64,000 nucleotides of DNA from Eledone cirrhosa (GCA_964016885.1 OZ024746.1:63116001-63180000); one strand, 5' to 3'. Numbered from the stretch's first letter, positions 12,828 through 27,383 are shown. The notes: a model not told the origin generated them from the letters alone. Numbers and translations are program-made.

Positions 12828-12995
12828 TAATAAGTCCCATTTTGCTTTAACTCTCTCGCGTTCTCTCTAACAGTCCCTCTCTATCAGGTTTAGTATCTTA
12901 TCTCTACACACCACAATTTACACAGTTTATTCTATTTAAACTAATCACAACATAACATCTCTACACAGACATCATGTAGTGTACAAACCTTCATT

Positions 12996-13180
12996 GTGGA
13001 TTGGCAGTATCAGGAGATGGTCGGACGCCATGCTTTTCAGCATAGTTACATCCCTTTACGATCTGAGTTCAAATCCCGCCGAGGTTGACTTTGCCTTTCA
13101 TCATTACGGGGTCGATTAAATAAAGTACCAGTAATGCACTGAGTATTTGCTGGCCTTGTGCCTAAAGTAGAGATAATTAT
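12996..13180 (+). mobile_element. tRNA-derived SINE inserted in array spacer
   Basis: Interrupts AAACCTTCATT|ATTTCAATATG; same insertion at 47757. Confidence 0.9.
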
Positions 13181-13582
13181 TTCAATATGTTATAAATATA
13201 TTTCTTTAACAGAAACACCTTGTAATACATTACATTACTCGTTCAACTTGTTATAATATTTCTTCTAATAATAGAACTCTTCAGAATATTTCAACATTAT
13301 CTCAACTCTCAGATTTACGTATAAACTCTATTTGATACAATACATACTTTCACTTTTCTCTCTTAGATTTTCCTCAATAACAAACTTAAGATCGAATGAA
13401 TAAGATTTTACTGAGTATTTAAACCTTGCCCTGTCACGTATTCTTGGGTATCAACCAACTTACTCAAATTAATATCAGATATTTCAACTAAACTACAGCC
13501 AGGTCATCACAGCAACATATATTGTGTCACATTCACTATCTTCTCGATTCATATCTGTTTTAGAGTCTTAAAGTAGTCACAA

Positions 13583-13652
13583 CGCATGGCCTAATGGGTA
13601 AGGCGTCTGACTTCGAATCAGAAAATTACGAGTTCGAGTCGCGTTGTGGTCG
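13583..13652 (+). pseudogene. 5'-truncated tRNA-Arg(UCG)
   Basis: First 3 nt and upstream flank lost by deletion; A20G, G45A, G49A, U62G. Confidence 0.85.
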
Positions 13653-14734
13653 TAATAAGTGCTATTTTGCTTTTACTCTCTGGCGTTCTCTCTAACTGTC
13701 CCTCTCTATCAGGTTTAGTATCTTATCTCTACACATCACAATTTACACAGTTTATTCTATTTAAATTTATCATAACATAACATCTCCCCACAGACATCAT
13801 GTAGTGTACAACCCTTCATTATTTCAATATGTTATAAGTATATTTCTTTAACAGAAACACTTTGTAATACATCACATTACTGGTTCAACTTGTTATAATA
13901 TTTCTTCTAATAATAGAACTCTTCAGAATATTTCATCATTATCTCAACTCTCAGATTTACGTATAAACTCTGTTTGATACAATAGATACTTTCACTTTTC
14001 TCTCTTAGATTTTCCTCAATAACAAACTTAAGATCGAATGAATAAGATTTTACTGAGTATTTAAACATTGCCCAGTCACGTATTCTTGGGTATAAACCAA
14101 CTTACTCAAATTAATATCAGATACTTCAACTAAACTACAGCCAGGTCATCACAGCAACATATATTGAGTCACTTTCACTATCTTCTCGATTCATATCAGT
14201 TTTACAGTCTTAAAGTACTCACAACTATCATATGACATATATCATGGTAACATATGTCTTAGCTTTACAATGTCAATAAAAATTTAATCTCAATGTCAGA
14301 CATTAAATATGACTGGACTATAGTTGGAAGAGTCCTGTTTCTCTCATAGACAGATATATGTTGGATGTTGACATGTTGGAAGTGAGAACAATCTTTATAT
14401 AAATGATCATGGCGGGAAAGTTAAAAACTTTGTTTATCGTGAAACATTTCACTAAGAATTCTTTGACTATATTTTGTCAGAGGTGATAGATATTTTGAAC
14501 CATGTATTTTTTTTAAAGAATATAAACATTAGGTTTCAAAGAAAGAAAAAACAGAAATAATTCCCACATCTATTTTGTAACAGATTGTCCAACAACCGAG
14601 TGTTTTATTTCCAAAGCAACGCCGGATAACTTGCTACATAATCACATGTATATAGGTAGTATAATTAAAAAATATTGTCTCCAATTCATTTGATATAAGA
14701 TTTTACAGCTGATATCTGAAGCAGCTGCCATGTT

Positions 14735-14807
14735 TGCCGCATGGCCTAATGGATAAGGCGTCTGACTTCGAATCAGTAGATTGCGAGTTCGAGTCTCGTT
14801 GTGGTCG
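14735..14807 (+). tRNA. trnR-UCG: tRNA-Arg(UCG) variant (G1U, A43U)
   Basis: Terminal stem mismatches. Confidence 0.7.
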
Positions 14808-15211
14808 CATTAACTGGATTTTTTTCTTTTACTCTCTTGCATTCTCTCTCTATCGTGTTTGGTGACTTTATTTATGCACCTCAATTCACACAGTTTAAGT
14901 TTTAAAAGTTATTTATCATGAAACATTTTACTAATTTTTTTTACTATATATTGTCAGAGGTAATAGATTTTTTGAAACATTTATCTTCTCCAAAGAACCA
15001 TATAGCTGGTTTGAAAGAAAGAAAAATTATGAATAATTCCCACATCTCTTTTGTAACTGAGTGTCCAAAAACTGATAGTTTTATTTCCAAGGCAACGCTG
15101 GATAACTTGTTGCTTATTAACATGTATATACACAGTATAATTAAAAAAATATTATCTCCAATTCGGTTGATATAAGATTTTAGAGCTGATATCTGAGTCA
15201 GCTGTAAGGTT

Positions 15212-15283
15212 GGCCGCATGACCTAATGGGTAAGGCGTCTGATTCGAATTAGAAGATTGCGAGTTCGAGTCTCGTTTTGGTCG
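15212..15283 (+). pseudogene. tRNA-Arg degenerate subfamily C (6-nt anticodon loop)
   Basis: G10A, A20G, deletion of C32, C40U, G67U. Confidence 0.85.
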
Positions 15284-16365
15284 TAATAAGTGCCATTTTG
15301 CTTTTACTCTCTGGCGTTCTCTCTAACTGTCCCTCTCTATCAGGTTTAGTATCTTATCTCTACACACCACATTTTACACAGTTTATTCTATTCAAACTAA
15401 TCACAACATAACATCTCTACACAGACATCATGTAGTCTACAAACCTTCATTATTTCAATATGTTATAAATATATTTCTTTAACAGAAACACCTTGTAATA
15501 CATTACATTACTCGTTCAACTTGTTATAATATTTCTTCTAATAATAGAACTCTTCAGAATATTTCAACATTAACTCAACTCTCAGATTTACGTATAAACT
15601 CTATTTGATACGATAGATACTTTCACTTTTCTCTCTTAGATTTTCGTCAATGACAAACTTAAGATAGAATGAATAAGATTTTACTGAGTATTTAAACTTT
15701 GCCCAGTCACGTATTCTTGGGTATAAGCCAACTTACTCAAATTAATAACAGATACTTCAACTAAACTACAGCCAGGTCATCACAGCAACATATATTGTGT
15801 CACATTCACAATCTTCTCGATTCATATCAGTTTTACAGTCTTAAAGTAGTCACAACTATCATATGTCATATATCTTGGTAACATATGTCTTAGCTTTACA
15901 ATGTCAATAAAAATTTGATCTCAATGTCAGACATTAAATATGACTGGACTATAGTTGTAAGAGTCCTGTTTCTCTCATAGACAGATATATGTTGGATGTT
16001 GACATGTTGGAAGTGAGAACAATCATTATATAAATGATCATGGCGGGAAAGTTAAGAACGTTGTTTATCGTGAAACATTTCACTAAGAATTATTTGACTA
16101 TATTTTGTCAGAGGTGATAGATATTTTGAACCATATATTTTTTTCAAACAACATAAACATTAGGTTTCAAAGAAAGAAAAAATAGAAATAATTCCCACAT
16201 CTATTTTGTAACAGATTGTCCAACAACCGAGTGTTTTATTTCCAAAGCAATGCCGGATAACTTGCTACTTATTCACATGTATATAGGTAGTATAATTAAA
16301 AAATATTGTCTCCAATTCATTTGATATAAGATTTTACAGCTGATATCTGAAACAGCTGTCAGGTT

Positions 16366-16438
16366 GGCCGCATGGCCTGATGGATAAGGCGTCTGGCTTC
16401 GAATTAGAAGATTGCGAGTTCGATTCTCGTTGTGGTCG
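16366..16438 (+). tRNA. trnR-UCG: tRNA-Arg(UCG) variant (A14G, A31G, C40U, G59U)
   Basis: Foldable with extra G-U pairs; A box altered. Confidence 0.6.
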
Positions 16439-16843
16439 CATTAACTGGATTTTTTTTCTTTTACTCTCTTGCATTCTCTCTCTATCGTGTTTGGTGACTT
16501 TCTTTATGCACCTCAATTCACACAGTTTAAGTTTTAAAAGTTGTATATCATGAAACATTTTACTAATTTTTTTTACTATATATTGTCAGAGGTAATAGAT
16601 TTTTTGAAACATTTATCTTCTTCAAAGAACCATATAGCTGGTTTGAAAGAAAGAAAAATTATGAATAATTCCCACATCTATTTTGTAACTGATTGTCCAA
16701 AAAATGATCGTTTTATTTCCAAGGCAACGCTGGATAACTTGTTGCTTATTAACATGTATATACACAGTATAATTAAAAAAATATTATCTCCAATTCGGTT
16801 GATATAAGATTTTAGAGCTGATATCTGAGTCAGCTGTCAGGTT

Positions 16844-16916
16844 GGCCGCATGGCCTAATGGGTAAGGCGTCTGACTTCGAATCTGAAGATTGCTTGTCCG
16901 ATTCTCGTTGTGGTCG
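16844..16916 (+). pseudogene. tRNA-Arg(UCG) degenerate subfamily B
   Basis: A20G, A41U, broken T arm. Confidence 0.85.
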
Positions 16917-17494
16917 CGAGAATGCTGTTTCTGTTTTTACTCTTCCTCTTATTCTCACCCTCTCGCTCTCTCCCGCAATCTGTTTTTCATGCACATCACA
17001 TTTCCTTGTTTATCATAAAACCTATGAATAATAATTTTTTGACTAAGTTTTGTCAGAGGTAAGAGAATTTTGAACCATTTACCTTTTCAAGAAATATAAA
17101 TATTTATTTCAAAAAAGCAAAAAGCAAAATGGCGGGAAAGTTAAGAACGTTGTTTATCATAAAACATTTTACTAAGAATTCTTTGACTATATTTTCTCAG
17201 AGGTGATATATTTTTTGAACCGTGTATCTTTTTCAAACAATATAAACATTTATTTCAAAAAACAAAACAAAAAACAAAAATATATGCACAATTCCCACAG
17301 CTATTGAGTAATAGAGTGACGAACAACTAAATGTTTTATTTCCAAGGTAACACCGGATACACTACTGCGTACTTATATGAGAAAGTGTGGTATAACGGCA
17401 ATCTTTGTATACCATTAAAGAAGGACATGAAAAAGTTATCATAAATAATTCAACATATTATATTAGTACTAATTTCCAGCATGCCAAAGAGGTC

Positions 17495-17567
17495 GGCTGC
17501 GTGGCCTAATGGATAAGGCGTCCGACTTCGAATCAGAAGATTGCGAGTTCGAGTCTCGTTGTGTTCG
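17495..17567 (+). pseudogene. tRNA-Arg(UCG) probable pseudogene
   Basis: C4U, A7G, U29C, G70U weaken stems. Confidence 0.65.
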
Positions 17568-18420
17568 CAATAGGACAAATTTTGTTTTTATTCTCTTGCA
17601 ATATATTTCTTTTACAGAAACACCTTGTAATACATTACATTACTGGTTCAACTTGTTATAATTATTCTTCTAATAGAAAATTTCAACATTAGCTCAACTC
17701 TCAGATTTACGTATAAACTCTATTTCATACAATAGATACTTTCACTTTTCTCTCTTAGATTTTCGTCAATAACAAACTTAAGATCGAATGAATAAGATTT
17801 TCAGACACTTCAACTAAACTACAGCCAGGTCATCACAGCAACATATATTGAGTCACTTTCACTATCTTCTCGATTCATATCTGTTTTACAGTCTTAAAGT
17901 AGTCACAACTATCATATGTCATATATCTTGGTAACATATGTCTTAGCTTTACAATGTCAATAAAAATATTATCTCAATGTCAGACATTAAATAAGACTGG
18001 ACTATAGTTGTAAGAGTCCTGTTTCTCTCATGGACAGAGATATCTGTTGGATGTTGACATGTTGGAAGTGAGAACAATCATTATATAAATGATCATGGCG
18101 GGAAAGTTAAGAACGTTGTTTATCGTGAAACATTTTACTAAGAATTCTTTGACTATATTTTGTCAGAGGTGATAGATATTTTGAACCATATATTTTTTTC
18201 AAACAATATAAACATTAGGTTTCAAAGATAGAAAAAATAGAAATAATTCCCACATCTATTTTATAACAGATTGTCCAACAACCGAGTGTTTTATTTCCAA
18301 AGCAACGCCGGATAACTTGCTACATAATCACATGTATATAGTTAGTATAATTAAAAAATATTGTCTCCAATTCATTTGATATAAGATTTTAGAGCTGATA
18401 TCTGAAACAGCTGCCAGGTT

Positions 18421-18493
18421 GGCCGCATGGCCTAATGGATAAAGCGTCTGATTTCGAATCAGAAGATTGCGAGTTCGAGTCTCGTTGTGGTCG
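18421..18493 (+). tRNA. trnR-UCG: tRNA-Arg(UCG) variant (G23A, C32U)
   Basis: One D-stem mismatch. Confidence 0.7.
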
Positions 18494-18633
18494 CAATCGG
18501 AGATATTTTGTTTTTACTCTCTTGCAATATATTTCTTTAACAGAAACACCTCGTAAAACATTACATTAAATTTTAAAGTCCAAATTTTTTTATATAAGAT
18601 TTTAGTGCTGATATATGAAGGTGCTGTCAGGTT

Positions 18634-18706
18634 GGCAACATGGCCTAATGGGTAAGGCGTCTGACGTCGAATCATAGGATTGAGAGTTCGCGTCTCGTTG
18701 TGATCG
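18634..18706 (+). pseudogene. tRNA-Arg degenerate subfamily D
   Basis: GGCAAC acceptor, A20G, U33G, A58C. Confidence 0.85.
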
Positions 18707-19136
18707 CTAGAATAGCTATACTTATTCTCTCGTTCATTTTATTCTCTTTCATTCTCTCTCACTATATCGCACTCCGCGTTTTTACACATCACATTTCTCT
18801 GTTTATCATAAAACCTAAAAATAAGTATTTTTTGACTGAATTTTTTTCAGGTGTAATAGATTTTTTTAACGATTTACCTTTTCAAGAAATATAAACATTT
18901 ATTTCAAACATAAAAAAAGAAAACAAAAATATACGCATAAATCCCACAGCTACTTTGTAATAGATTGACGAACAACTAAATGTTTTATTTCCAAGGAAAC
19001 ACCGGATACACTACTGCTTAATTATATGAGGAAGTGTGGTATTACGGCAATCTATATAATTGGCGAGAAACAATAAAAAGTTGTCAAAATATTCGACATA
19101 ATATATTAGTACTAATACCAGTAGTAACAGCAGGTC

Positions 19137-19209
19137 GGCCGCGTGGCCTAATGGATAAGGCGTCTGACTTCGAATCAGAAGATTGCGAGTTTGAGTCTCG
19201 TTGTGGTCG
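19137..19209 (+). tRNA. trnR-UCG: tRNA-Arg(UCG) variant (A7G, C56U; B box damaged)
   Basis: GTTTGAGTC. Confidence 0.55.
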
Positions 19210-20294
19210 TAATAAGTGCCATTTTGCTTTTACTCTCTCGCGTTCTCTCTATCTGTCCCTCTCTATCAGGTTTAGTATCTTATCTCTACACATCACAATT
19301 TACACAGTTTATTCTATTTAAACTAATCATAACATAACATCTCTCCACAGACATCACGTAGTGTACAAACCTTCATTATTTCAATATGTTATAAATATAT
19401 TTCTTTAACAGAAACATCTTGTAATACATTACATTACTGGTTCAACTTGTTATAATATTTCTTCTAATAATAGAACTCTTCAGAATATTTCAACATTATC
19501 TCAACTCTCAGATTTACGTATAAACTCTATTTGATACAATAGATACTTTCACTTTTCTCTCTAAGATTTCCGTCAATAACAAACTTAAGATCGAATGAAT
19601 AAGATTTTACTGAGTATTTAAACCTTGCCCAGTCACATATTCTTGGGTATAAACCAGCTTACTCAAATTAATATCAGTTACTTCAACTAAACTACAGCAA
19701 CTAAATCATCACAGCAACATATATTGTGTCACATTCACTATCTTCTCAATTCATATCAGTTTTACAGTCTTAAAGTAGTCACAACTATCATATGTCATAT
19801 ATTTTGGTAACATATGTCTTAGCTTTACAATGTCAATAAAAATTTGATATCAATGTCAGACATTAAATATGACAGGACTATAGTTGGAAGAGTCCTGTTT
19901 CTCTCATAGACAGATATATGTTGGATGTTGACATGTTGGAAGTGAGAACAATCTTTATATAAATGATCATGGCGGGAAAGTTAAGAACGTTGTTTATCGT
20001 GAAACATTTCACTAAGAATTCTTTGACTATATTTTGTCAGAGGTGATAGATATTTTGAACCATGTATTTTTTTCAAACAACATAAACATTAGGTTTCAAA
20101 GAAAGAAAAAACAGAAATGATTTCCACAGCTATTTTGTAACAGATTGTCCAACAACCGAGTGTTTTATTTCCAAAGCAACGCCGGATAACTTGCTACATA
20201 ATCACATGTATATACGTATTATAATTTAAAAATATTGTCTCCAATTCATTTGATATAAGATTTTACAGCTGATATCTGAAACAGCTGCCAAGTT

Positions 20295-20367
20295 GGCCGC
20301 ATGGCCTAATGGATAAGGCGTCTGACTTCGAATCAGAAGATTGCGAGTTCGAGTCTCGTTGTGGTCG
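20295..20367 (+). tRNA. trnR-UCG: tRNA-Arg(UCG), consensus
   Basis: Identical to consensus; T8 terminator. Confidence 0.95.
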
Positions 20368-21271
20368 CATTAACTGGATTTTTTTTCTTTTACTCTCTTG
20401 CATTCTCTCTCTATCGTGTTTGGTGACTTTATTTATGCACCTCAATTCTTGCAATATATTTCTTTTACAGAAACACCTTGTAATACATTACATTACTGGT
20501 TCAACTTGTTATAATAATTCTTCTAATAGAAAATTTTAACATTATCTCAACTCTCAGATTTGCGTATAAACTCTATTTGATACAATAGATACTTTCACTT
20601 TTCTCTCTTAGATTTTCGTCAATAACAAACTTAAGATCGAATGAATAAGATTTTCAGACACTTCAACTAAACTACAGCCAGGTCATCACAGTAACATATA
20701 TTGAGTCACTTTCACTATCTTCTCGATTCATATCAGTTTTACGGTCTTAAAGTAGTCACAACTATCATATGTCATACATCTTGGTAACATATGTCTTAGC
20801 TTTACAAAGTCAATAAAAATATTATCTCAATGTCAGACATTAAATATGACTGGACTATAGTTGGAAGAGTCCTGTTTCTCTCATGGACAGATATATGTTG
20901 GATGTTGACATGTTGGAAGTGAGAACAATCTTTATATAAATGATCATGGCGGGAAAGTTAAGAACGTTGTTTATCGTGAAACATTTTACTAAGAATTCTT
21001 TGACTATATTTTGTCAGAGGTGATAGATATTTTGAACCATGTATTTTTTTCAAACAATATAAACATTAGGTTTCAAAGAAAGAAAAAATAGAAATAATTC
21101 CCACAGCTATTTTGTAACAGATTGTCCAACAACCGAGTGTTTTATTTCCAAAGCAACGCCGGATAACTTGCTACTTATTCACATGTATATAGGTATTATA
21201 ATTAAAAAATATTGTCTCCAATTCATTTGATATAAGATTTTAGAGCTGATATCTGAAACAGCTGTCAGGTT

Positions 21272-21344
21272 GGCCGCATGGCCTAATGGATAAGGCGTCT
21301 GACTTCGAATCAGAAGATTGCGAGTTCGAGTCTCGTTGTGGTCG
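21272..21344 (+). tRNA. trnR-UCG: tRNA-Arg(UCG), consensus
   Basis: Identical to consensus. Confidence 0.95.
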
Positions 21345-21748
21345 CATTAACTGGATTTTTTTCTTTTACTCTCTTGCATTCTCTCTCTATCGTGTTTGGT
21401 GACTTTATTTATGCACCTCAATTCACACAGTTTAAGTTTTAAAAGTTATTTATCATGAAACATTTTACTAATTTTTTTTACTATATATTGTCAGAGGTAA
21501 TAGATTTTTTGAAACATTTATCTTCTTCAAAGAACCATATAGCTGGTTTGAAAGAAAGAAAAATTATGAATAATTCCCACATCTCTTTTGTAACTGAGTG
21601 TCCAAAAACTGATAGTTTTATTTCCAAGGCAACGCTGGATAACTTGTTGCTTATTAACATGTATATACACAGTATAATTAAAAAAATATTATCTCCAATT
21701 CGGTTGATATAAGATTTTAGAGCTGATATCTGAGTCAGCTGTAAGGTT

Positions 21749-21820
21749 GGCCGCATGACCTAATGGGTAAGGCGTCTGATTCGAATTAGAAGATTGCGAG
21801 TTCGAGTCTCGTTTTGGTCG
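21749..21820 (+). pseudogene. tRNA-Arg degenerate subfamily C
   Basis: Same lesions as 15212. Confidence 0.85.
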
Positions 21821-22902
21821 TAATAAGTGCCATTTTGCTTTTACTCTCTGGCGTTCTCTCTAACTGTCCCTCTCTATCAGGTTTAGTATCTTATCTCTAC
21901 ACACCACATTTTACACAGTTTATTCTATTCAAACTAATCACAACATAACATCTCTACACAGACATCATGTAGTCTACAAACCTTCATTATTTCAATATGT
22001 TATAAATATATTTCTTTAACAGAAACACCTTGTAATACATTACTTTACTGGTTCAACTTGTTATAATATTTCTTCTAATAATAGAACTCTTCAGAAAATT
22101 TCAACATTATCTCAACTCTCAGATTTACGTATAAACTCTATTTGATACGATAGATACTTTCACTTTTCTCTCTTAGATTTCCGTCAATAAAAAACTTAAG
22201 ATCGAATGAATAAGATTTTACTGAGTATTTAAACCTTGCCCAGTCACGTATTCTTGGGTATAAACCAACTTACTCAAATTAATATCAGATATTTCAACTA
22301 AACTACAGCCAGGTCATCACAGCAACATATATTGTGTCACATTCACTATCTTCTCGATTCATATCAGTTTTACAGTCTTAAAGTAGTCACAACTATCATA
22401 TGTCATATATCTTGGTAACATATGTCTTAGCTTTACAATGTCAATAAAAATATTATCTCCATGTCAGACATTAAATATGACTGGACTATAGTTGTAAAAG
22501 TCCTGTTTCTCTCATGGACAGACATATGTTGGATGTTGACATGTTGGAAGTGAGAACAATCATTATATAAATGATCATGGCGGGAAAGTTAAGAACGTTG
22601 TTTATCGTGAAACATTTTACTAAGAATTCTTTGACTATATTTTGTCAGAGGTGATAGATATTTTGAACCATATATTTTTTTCAAACAATATAAACATTAG
22701 GTTTCAAAGATAGAAAAAATAGAAATGATTCCCACATCTATTTTATAACAGATTGTCCAACAACCGAGTGTTTTATTTCCAAAGCAACGCCGGATAACTT
22801 GCTACATAATCACATGTATATAGTTAGTATAATTAAAAAATATTGTCTCCAATTCATTTGATATAAGATTTTAGAGCTGATATCTGAAACAGCTGCCAGG
22901 TT

Positions 22903-22975
22903 GGCCGCATGGCCTAATGGATAAAGCGTCTGATTTCGAATCAGAAGATTGCGAGTTCGAGTCTCGTTGTGGTCG
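22903..22975 (+). tRNA. trnR-UCG: tRNA-Arg(UCG) variant (G23A, C32U)
   Basis: Duplicate of 18421 (+4482). Confidence 0.7.
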
Positions 22976-23115
22976 CAATCGGAGATATTTTGTTTTTACT
23001 CTCTTGCAATATATTTCTTTAACAGAAACACCTCGTAAAACATTACATTAAATTTTAAAGTCCAAATTTTTTTATATAAGATTTTAGTGCTGATATATGA
23101 AGGTGCTGTCAGGTT

Positions 23116-23188
23116 GGCAACATGGCCTAATGGGTAAGGCGTCTGACGTCGAATCATAGGATTGAGAGTTCGCGTCTCGTTGTGATCG
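23116..23188 (+). pseudogene. tRNA-Arg degenerate subfamily D
   Basis: Duplicate of 18634. Confidence 0.85.
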
Positions 23189-23618
23189 CTAGAATAGCTA
23201 TACTTATTCTCTCGTTCATTTTATTCTCTTTCATTCTCTCTCACTATATCGCACTCCGCGTTTTTACACATCACATTTCTCTGTTTATCATAAAACCTAA
23301 AAATAAGTATTTTTTGACTGAATTTTTTTCAGGTGTAATAGATTTTTTTAACGATTTACCTTTTCAAGAAATATAAACATTTATTTCAAACATAAAAAAA
23401 GAAAACAAAAATATACGCATAAATCCCACAGCTACTTTGTAATAGATTGACGAACAACTAAATGTTTTATTTCCAAGGAAACACCGGATACACTACTGCT
23501 TAATTATATGAGGAAGTGTGGTATTACGGCAATCTATATAATTGGCGAGAAACAATAAAAAGTTGTCAAAATATTCGACATAATATATTAGTACTAATAC
23601 CAGTAGTAACAGCAGGTC

Positions 23619-23691
23619 GGCCGCGTGGCCTAATGGATAAGGCGTCTGACTTCGAATCAGAAGATTGCGAGTTTGAGTCTCGTTGTGGTCG
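23619..23691 (+). tRNA. trnR-UCG: tRNA-Arg(UCG) variant (A7G, C56U)
   Basis: Duplicate of 19137. Confidence 0.55.
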
Positions 23692-24776
23692 TAATAAGTG
23701 CCATTTTGCTTTTACTCTCTCGCGTTCTCTCTATCTGTCCCTCTCTATCAGGTTTAGTATCTTATCTCTACACATCACAATTTACACAGTTTATTCTATT
23801 TAAACTAATCATAACATAACATCTCTCCACAGACATCACGTAGTGTACAAACCTTCATTATTTCAATATGTTATAAATATATTTCTTTAACAGAAACATC
23901 TTGTAATACATTACATTACTGGTTCAACTTGTTATAATATTTCTTCTAATAATAGAACTCTTCAGAATATTTCAACATTATCTCAACTCTCAGATTTACG
24001 TATAAACTCTATTTGATACAATAGATACTTTCACTTTTCTCTCTAAGATTTCCGTCAATAACAAACTTAAGATCGAATGAATAAGATTTTACTGAGTATT
24101 TAAACCTTACCCAGTCACATATTCTTGGGTATAAACCAGCTTACTCAAATTAATATCAGTTACTTCAACTAAACTACAGCAACTAAATCATCACAGCAAC
24201 ATATATTGTGTCACATTCACTATCTTCTCAATTCATATCAGTTTTACAGTCTTAAAGTAGTCACAACTATCATATGTCATATATTTTGGTAACATATGTC
24301 TTAGCTTTACAATGTCAATAAAAATTTGATATCAATGTCAGACATTAAATATGACAGGACTATAGTTGGAAGAGTCCTGTTTCTCTCATAGACAGATATA
24401 TGTTGGATGTTGACATGTTGGAAGTGAGAACAATCTTTATATAAATGATCATGGCGGGAAAGTTAAGAACGTTGTTTATCGTGAAACATTTCACTAAGAA
24501 TTCTTTGACTATATTTTGTCAGAGGTGATAGATATTTTGAACCATGTATTTTTTTCAAACAACATAAACATTAGGTTTCAAAGAAAGAAAAAACAGAAAT
24601 GATTTCCACAGCTATTTTGTAACAGATTGTCCAACAACCGAGTGTTTTATTTCCAAAGCAACGCCGGATAACTTGCTACATAATCACATGTATATACGTA
24701 TTATAATTTAAAAATATTGTCTCCAATTCATTTGATATAAGATTTTACAGCTGATATCTGAAACAGCTGCCAAGTT

Positions 24777-24849
24777 GGCCGCATGGCCTAATGGATAAGG
24801 CGTCTGACTTCGAATCAGAAGATTGCGAGTTCGAGTCTCGTTGTGGTCG
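24777..24849 (+). tRNA. trnR-UCG: tRNA-Arg(UCG), consensus
   Basis: Identical to consensus. Confidence 0.95.
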
Positions 24850-25753
24850 CATTAACTGGATTTTTTTTCTTTTACTCTCTTGCATTCTCTCTCTATCGTG
24901 TTTGGTGACTTTATTTATGCACCTCAATTCTTGCAATATATTTCTTTTACAGAAACACCTTGTAATACATTACATTACTGGTTCAACTTGTTATAATAAT
25001 TCTTCTAATAGAAAATTTTAACATTATCTCAACTCTCAGATTTGCGTATAAACTCTATTTGATACAATAGATACTTTCACTTTTCTCTCTTAGATTTTCG
25101 TCAATAACAAACTTAAGATCGAATGAATAAGATTTTCAGACACTTCAACTAAACTACAGCCAGGTCATCACAGCAACATATATTGAGTCACTTTCACTAT
25201 CTTCTCGATTCATATCAGTTTTACGGTCTTAAAGTAGTCACAACTATCATATGTCATACATCTTGGTAACATATGTCTTAGCTTTACAAAGTCAATAAAA
25301 ATATTATCTCAATGTCAGACATTAAATATGACTGGACTATAGTTGGAAGAGTCCTGTTTCTCTCATGGACAGATATATGTTGGATGTTGACATGTTGGAA
25401 GTGAGAACAATCTTTATATAAATGATCATGGCGGGAAAGTTAAGAACGTTGTTTATCGTGAAACATTTTACTAAGAATTCTTTGACTATATTTTGTCAGA
25501 GGTGATAGATATTTTGAACCATGTATTTTTTTCAAACAATATAAACATTAGGTTTCAAAGAAAGAAAAAATAGAAATAATTCCCACAGCTATTTTGTAAC
25601 AGATTGTCCAACAACCGAGTGTTTTATTTCCAAAGCAACGCCGGATAACTTGCTACTTATTCACATGTATATAGGTATTATAATTAAAAAATATTGTCTC
25701 CAATTCATTTGATATAAGATTTTAGAGCTGATATCTGAAACAGCTGTCAGGTT

Positions 25754-25826
25754 GGCCGCATGGCCTAATGGATAAGGCGTCTGACTTCGAATCAGAAGAT
25801 TGCGAGTTCGAGTCTCGTTGTGGTCG
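25754..25826 (+). tRNA. trnR-UCG: tRNA-Arg(UCG), consensus
   Basis: Identical to consensus. Confidence 0.95.
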
Positions 25827-26230
25827 CATTAACTGGATTTTTTTCTTTTACTCTCTTGCATTCTCTCTCTATCGTGTTTGGTGACTTTATTTATGCACCT
25901 CAATTCACACAGTTTAAGTTTTAAAAGTTATTTATCATGAAACATTTTACTAATTTTTTTTACTATATATTGTCAGAGGTAATAGATTTTTTGAAACATT
26001 TATCTTCTTCAAAGAACCATATAGCTGGTTTGAAAGAAAGAAAAATTATGAATAATTCCCACATCTCTTTTGTAACTGAGTGTCCAAAAACTGATAGTTT
26101 TATTTCCAAGGCAACGCTGGATAACTTGTTGCTTATTAACATGTATATACACAGTATAATTAAAAAAATATTATCTCCAATTCGGTTGATATAAGATTTT
26201 AGAGCTGATATCTGAGTCAGCTGTAAGGTT

Positions 26231-26302
26231 GGCCGCATGACCTAATGGGTAAGGCGTCTGATTCGAATTAGAAGATTGCGAGTTCGAGTCTCGTTTTGGT
26301 CG
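26231..26302 (+). pseudogene. tRNA-Arg degenerate subfamily C
   Basis: Same lesions as 15212. Confidence 0.85.
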
Positions 26303-27383
26303 TAATAAGTGCCATTTTGCTTTTACTCTCTGGCGTTCTCTCTAACTGTCCCTCTCTATCAGGTTTAGTATCTTATCTCTACACACCACATTTTACACAG
26401 TTTATTCTATTCAAACTAATCACAACATAACATCTCTACACAGACATCATGTAGTCTACAAACCTTCATTATTTCAATATGTTATAAATATATTTCTTTA
26501 ACAGAAACACCTTGTAATACATTACTTTACTGGTTCAACTTGTTATAATATTTCTTCTAATAATAGAACTCTTCAGAAAATTTCAACATTATCTCAACTC
26601 TCAGATTTACGTATAAACTCTATTTGATACGATAGATACTTTCACTTTTCTCTCTTAGATTTCCGTCAATAAAAAACTTAAGATCGAATGAATAAGATTT
26701 TACTGAGTATTTAAACCTTGCCCAGTCACGTATTCTTGGGTATAAACCAACTTACTCAAATTAATATCAGATATTTCAACTAAACTACAGCCAGGTCATC
26801 ACAGCAACATATATTGTGTCACATTCACTATCTTCTCGATTCATATCAGTTTTACAGTCTTAAAGTAGTCACAACTATCATATGTCATATATCTTGGTAA
26901 CATATGTCTTAGCTTTACAATGTCAATAAAAATATTATCTCCATGTCAGACATTAAATATGACTGGACTATAGTTGTAAAAGTCCTGTTTCTCTCATGGA
27001 CAGACATATGTTGGATGTTGACATGTTGGAAGTGAGAACAATCATTATATAAATGATCATGGCGGGAAAGTTAAGAACGTTGTTTATCGTGAAACATTTT
27101 ACTAAGAATTCTTTGACTATATTTTGTCAGAGGTGATAGATATTTTGAACCATGTATTTTTTTAAAGAATATAAACATTAGGTTTCAAAGAAAGAAAAAA
27201 TAGAAATAATTCCCACAGCTATTTTGTAACAGATTGTCCAACAACCGAGTGTTTTATTTCCAAAGCAACGCCGGATAACTTGCTACTTATTCACATGTAT
27301 ATAGGTATTATAATTAAAAAATATTGTCTCCAATTCATTTGATATAAGATTTTAGAGCTGATATCTGAAACAGCTGTCAGGTT

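Noticed and set aside
18634-18706. Reading subfamily D as tRNA-Asp (GTC)
   Set aside because: GTC occupies positions 33-35, not 34-36, and the stems and B box are damaged
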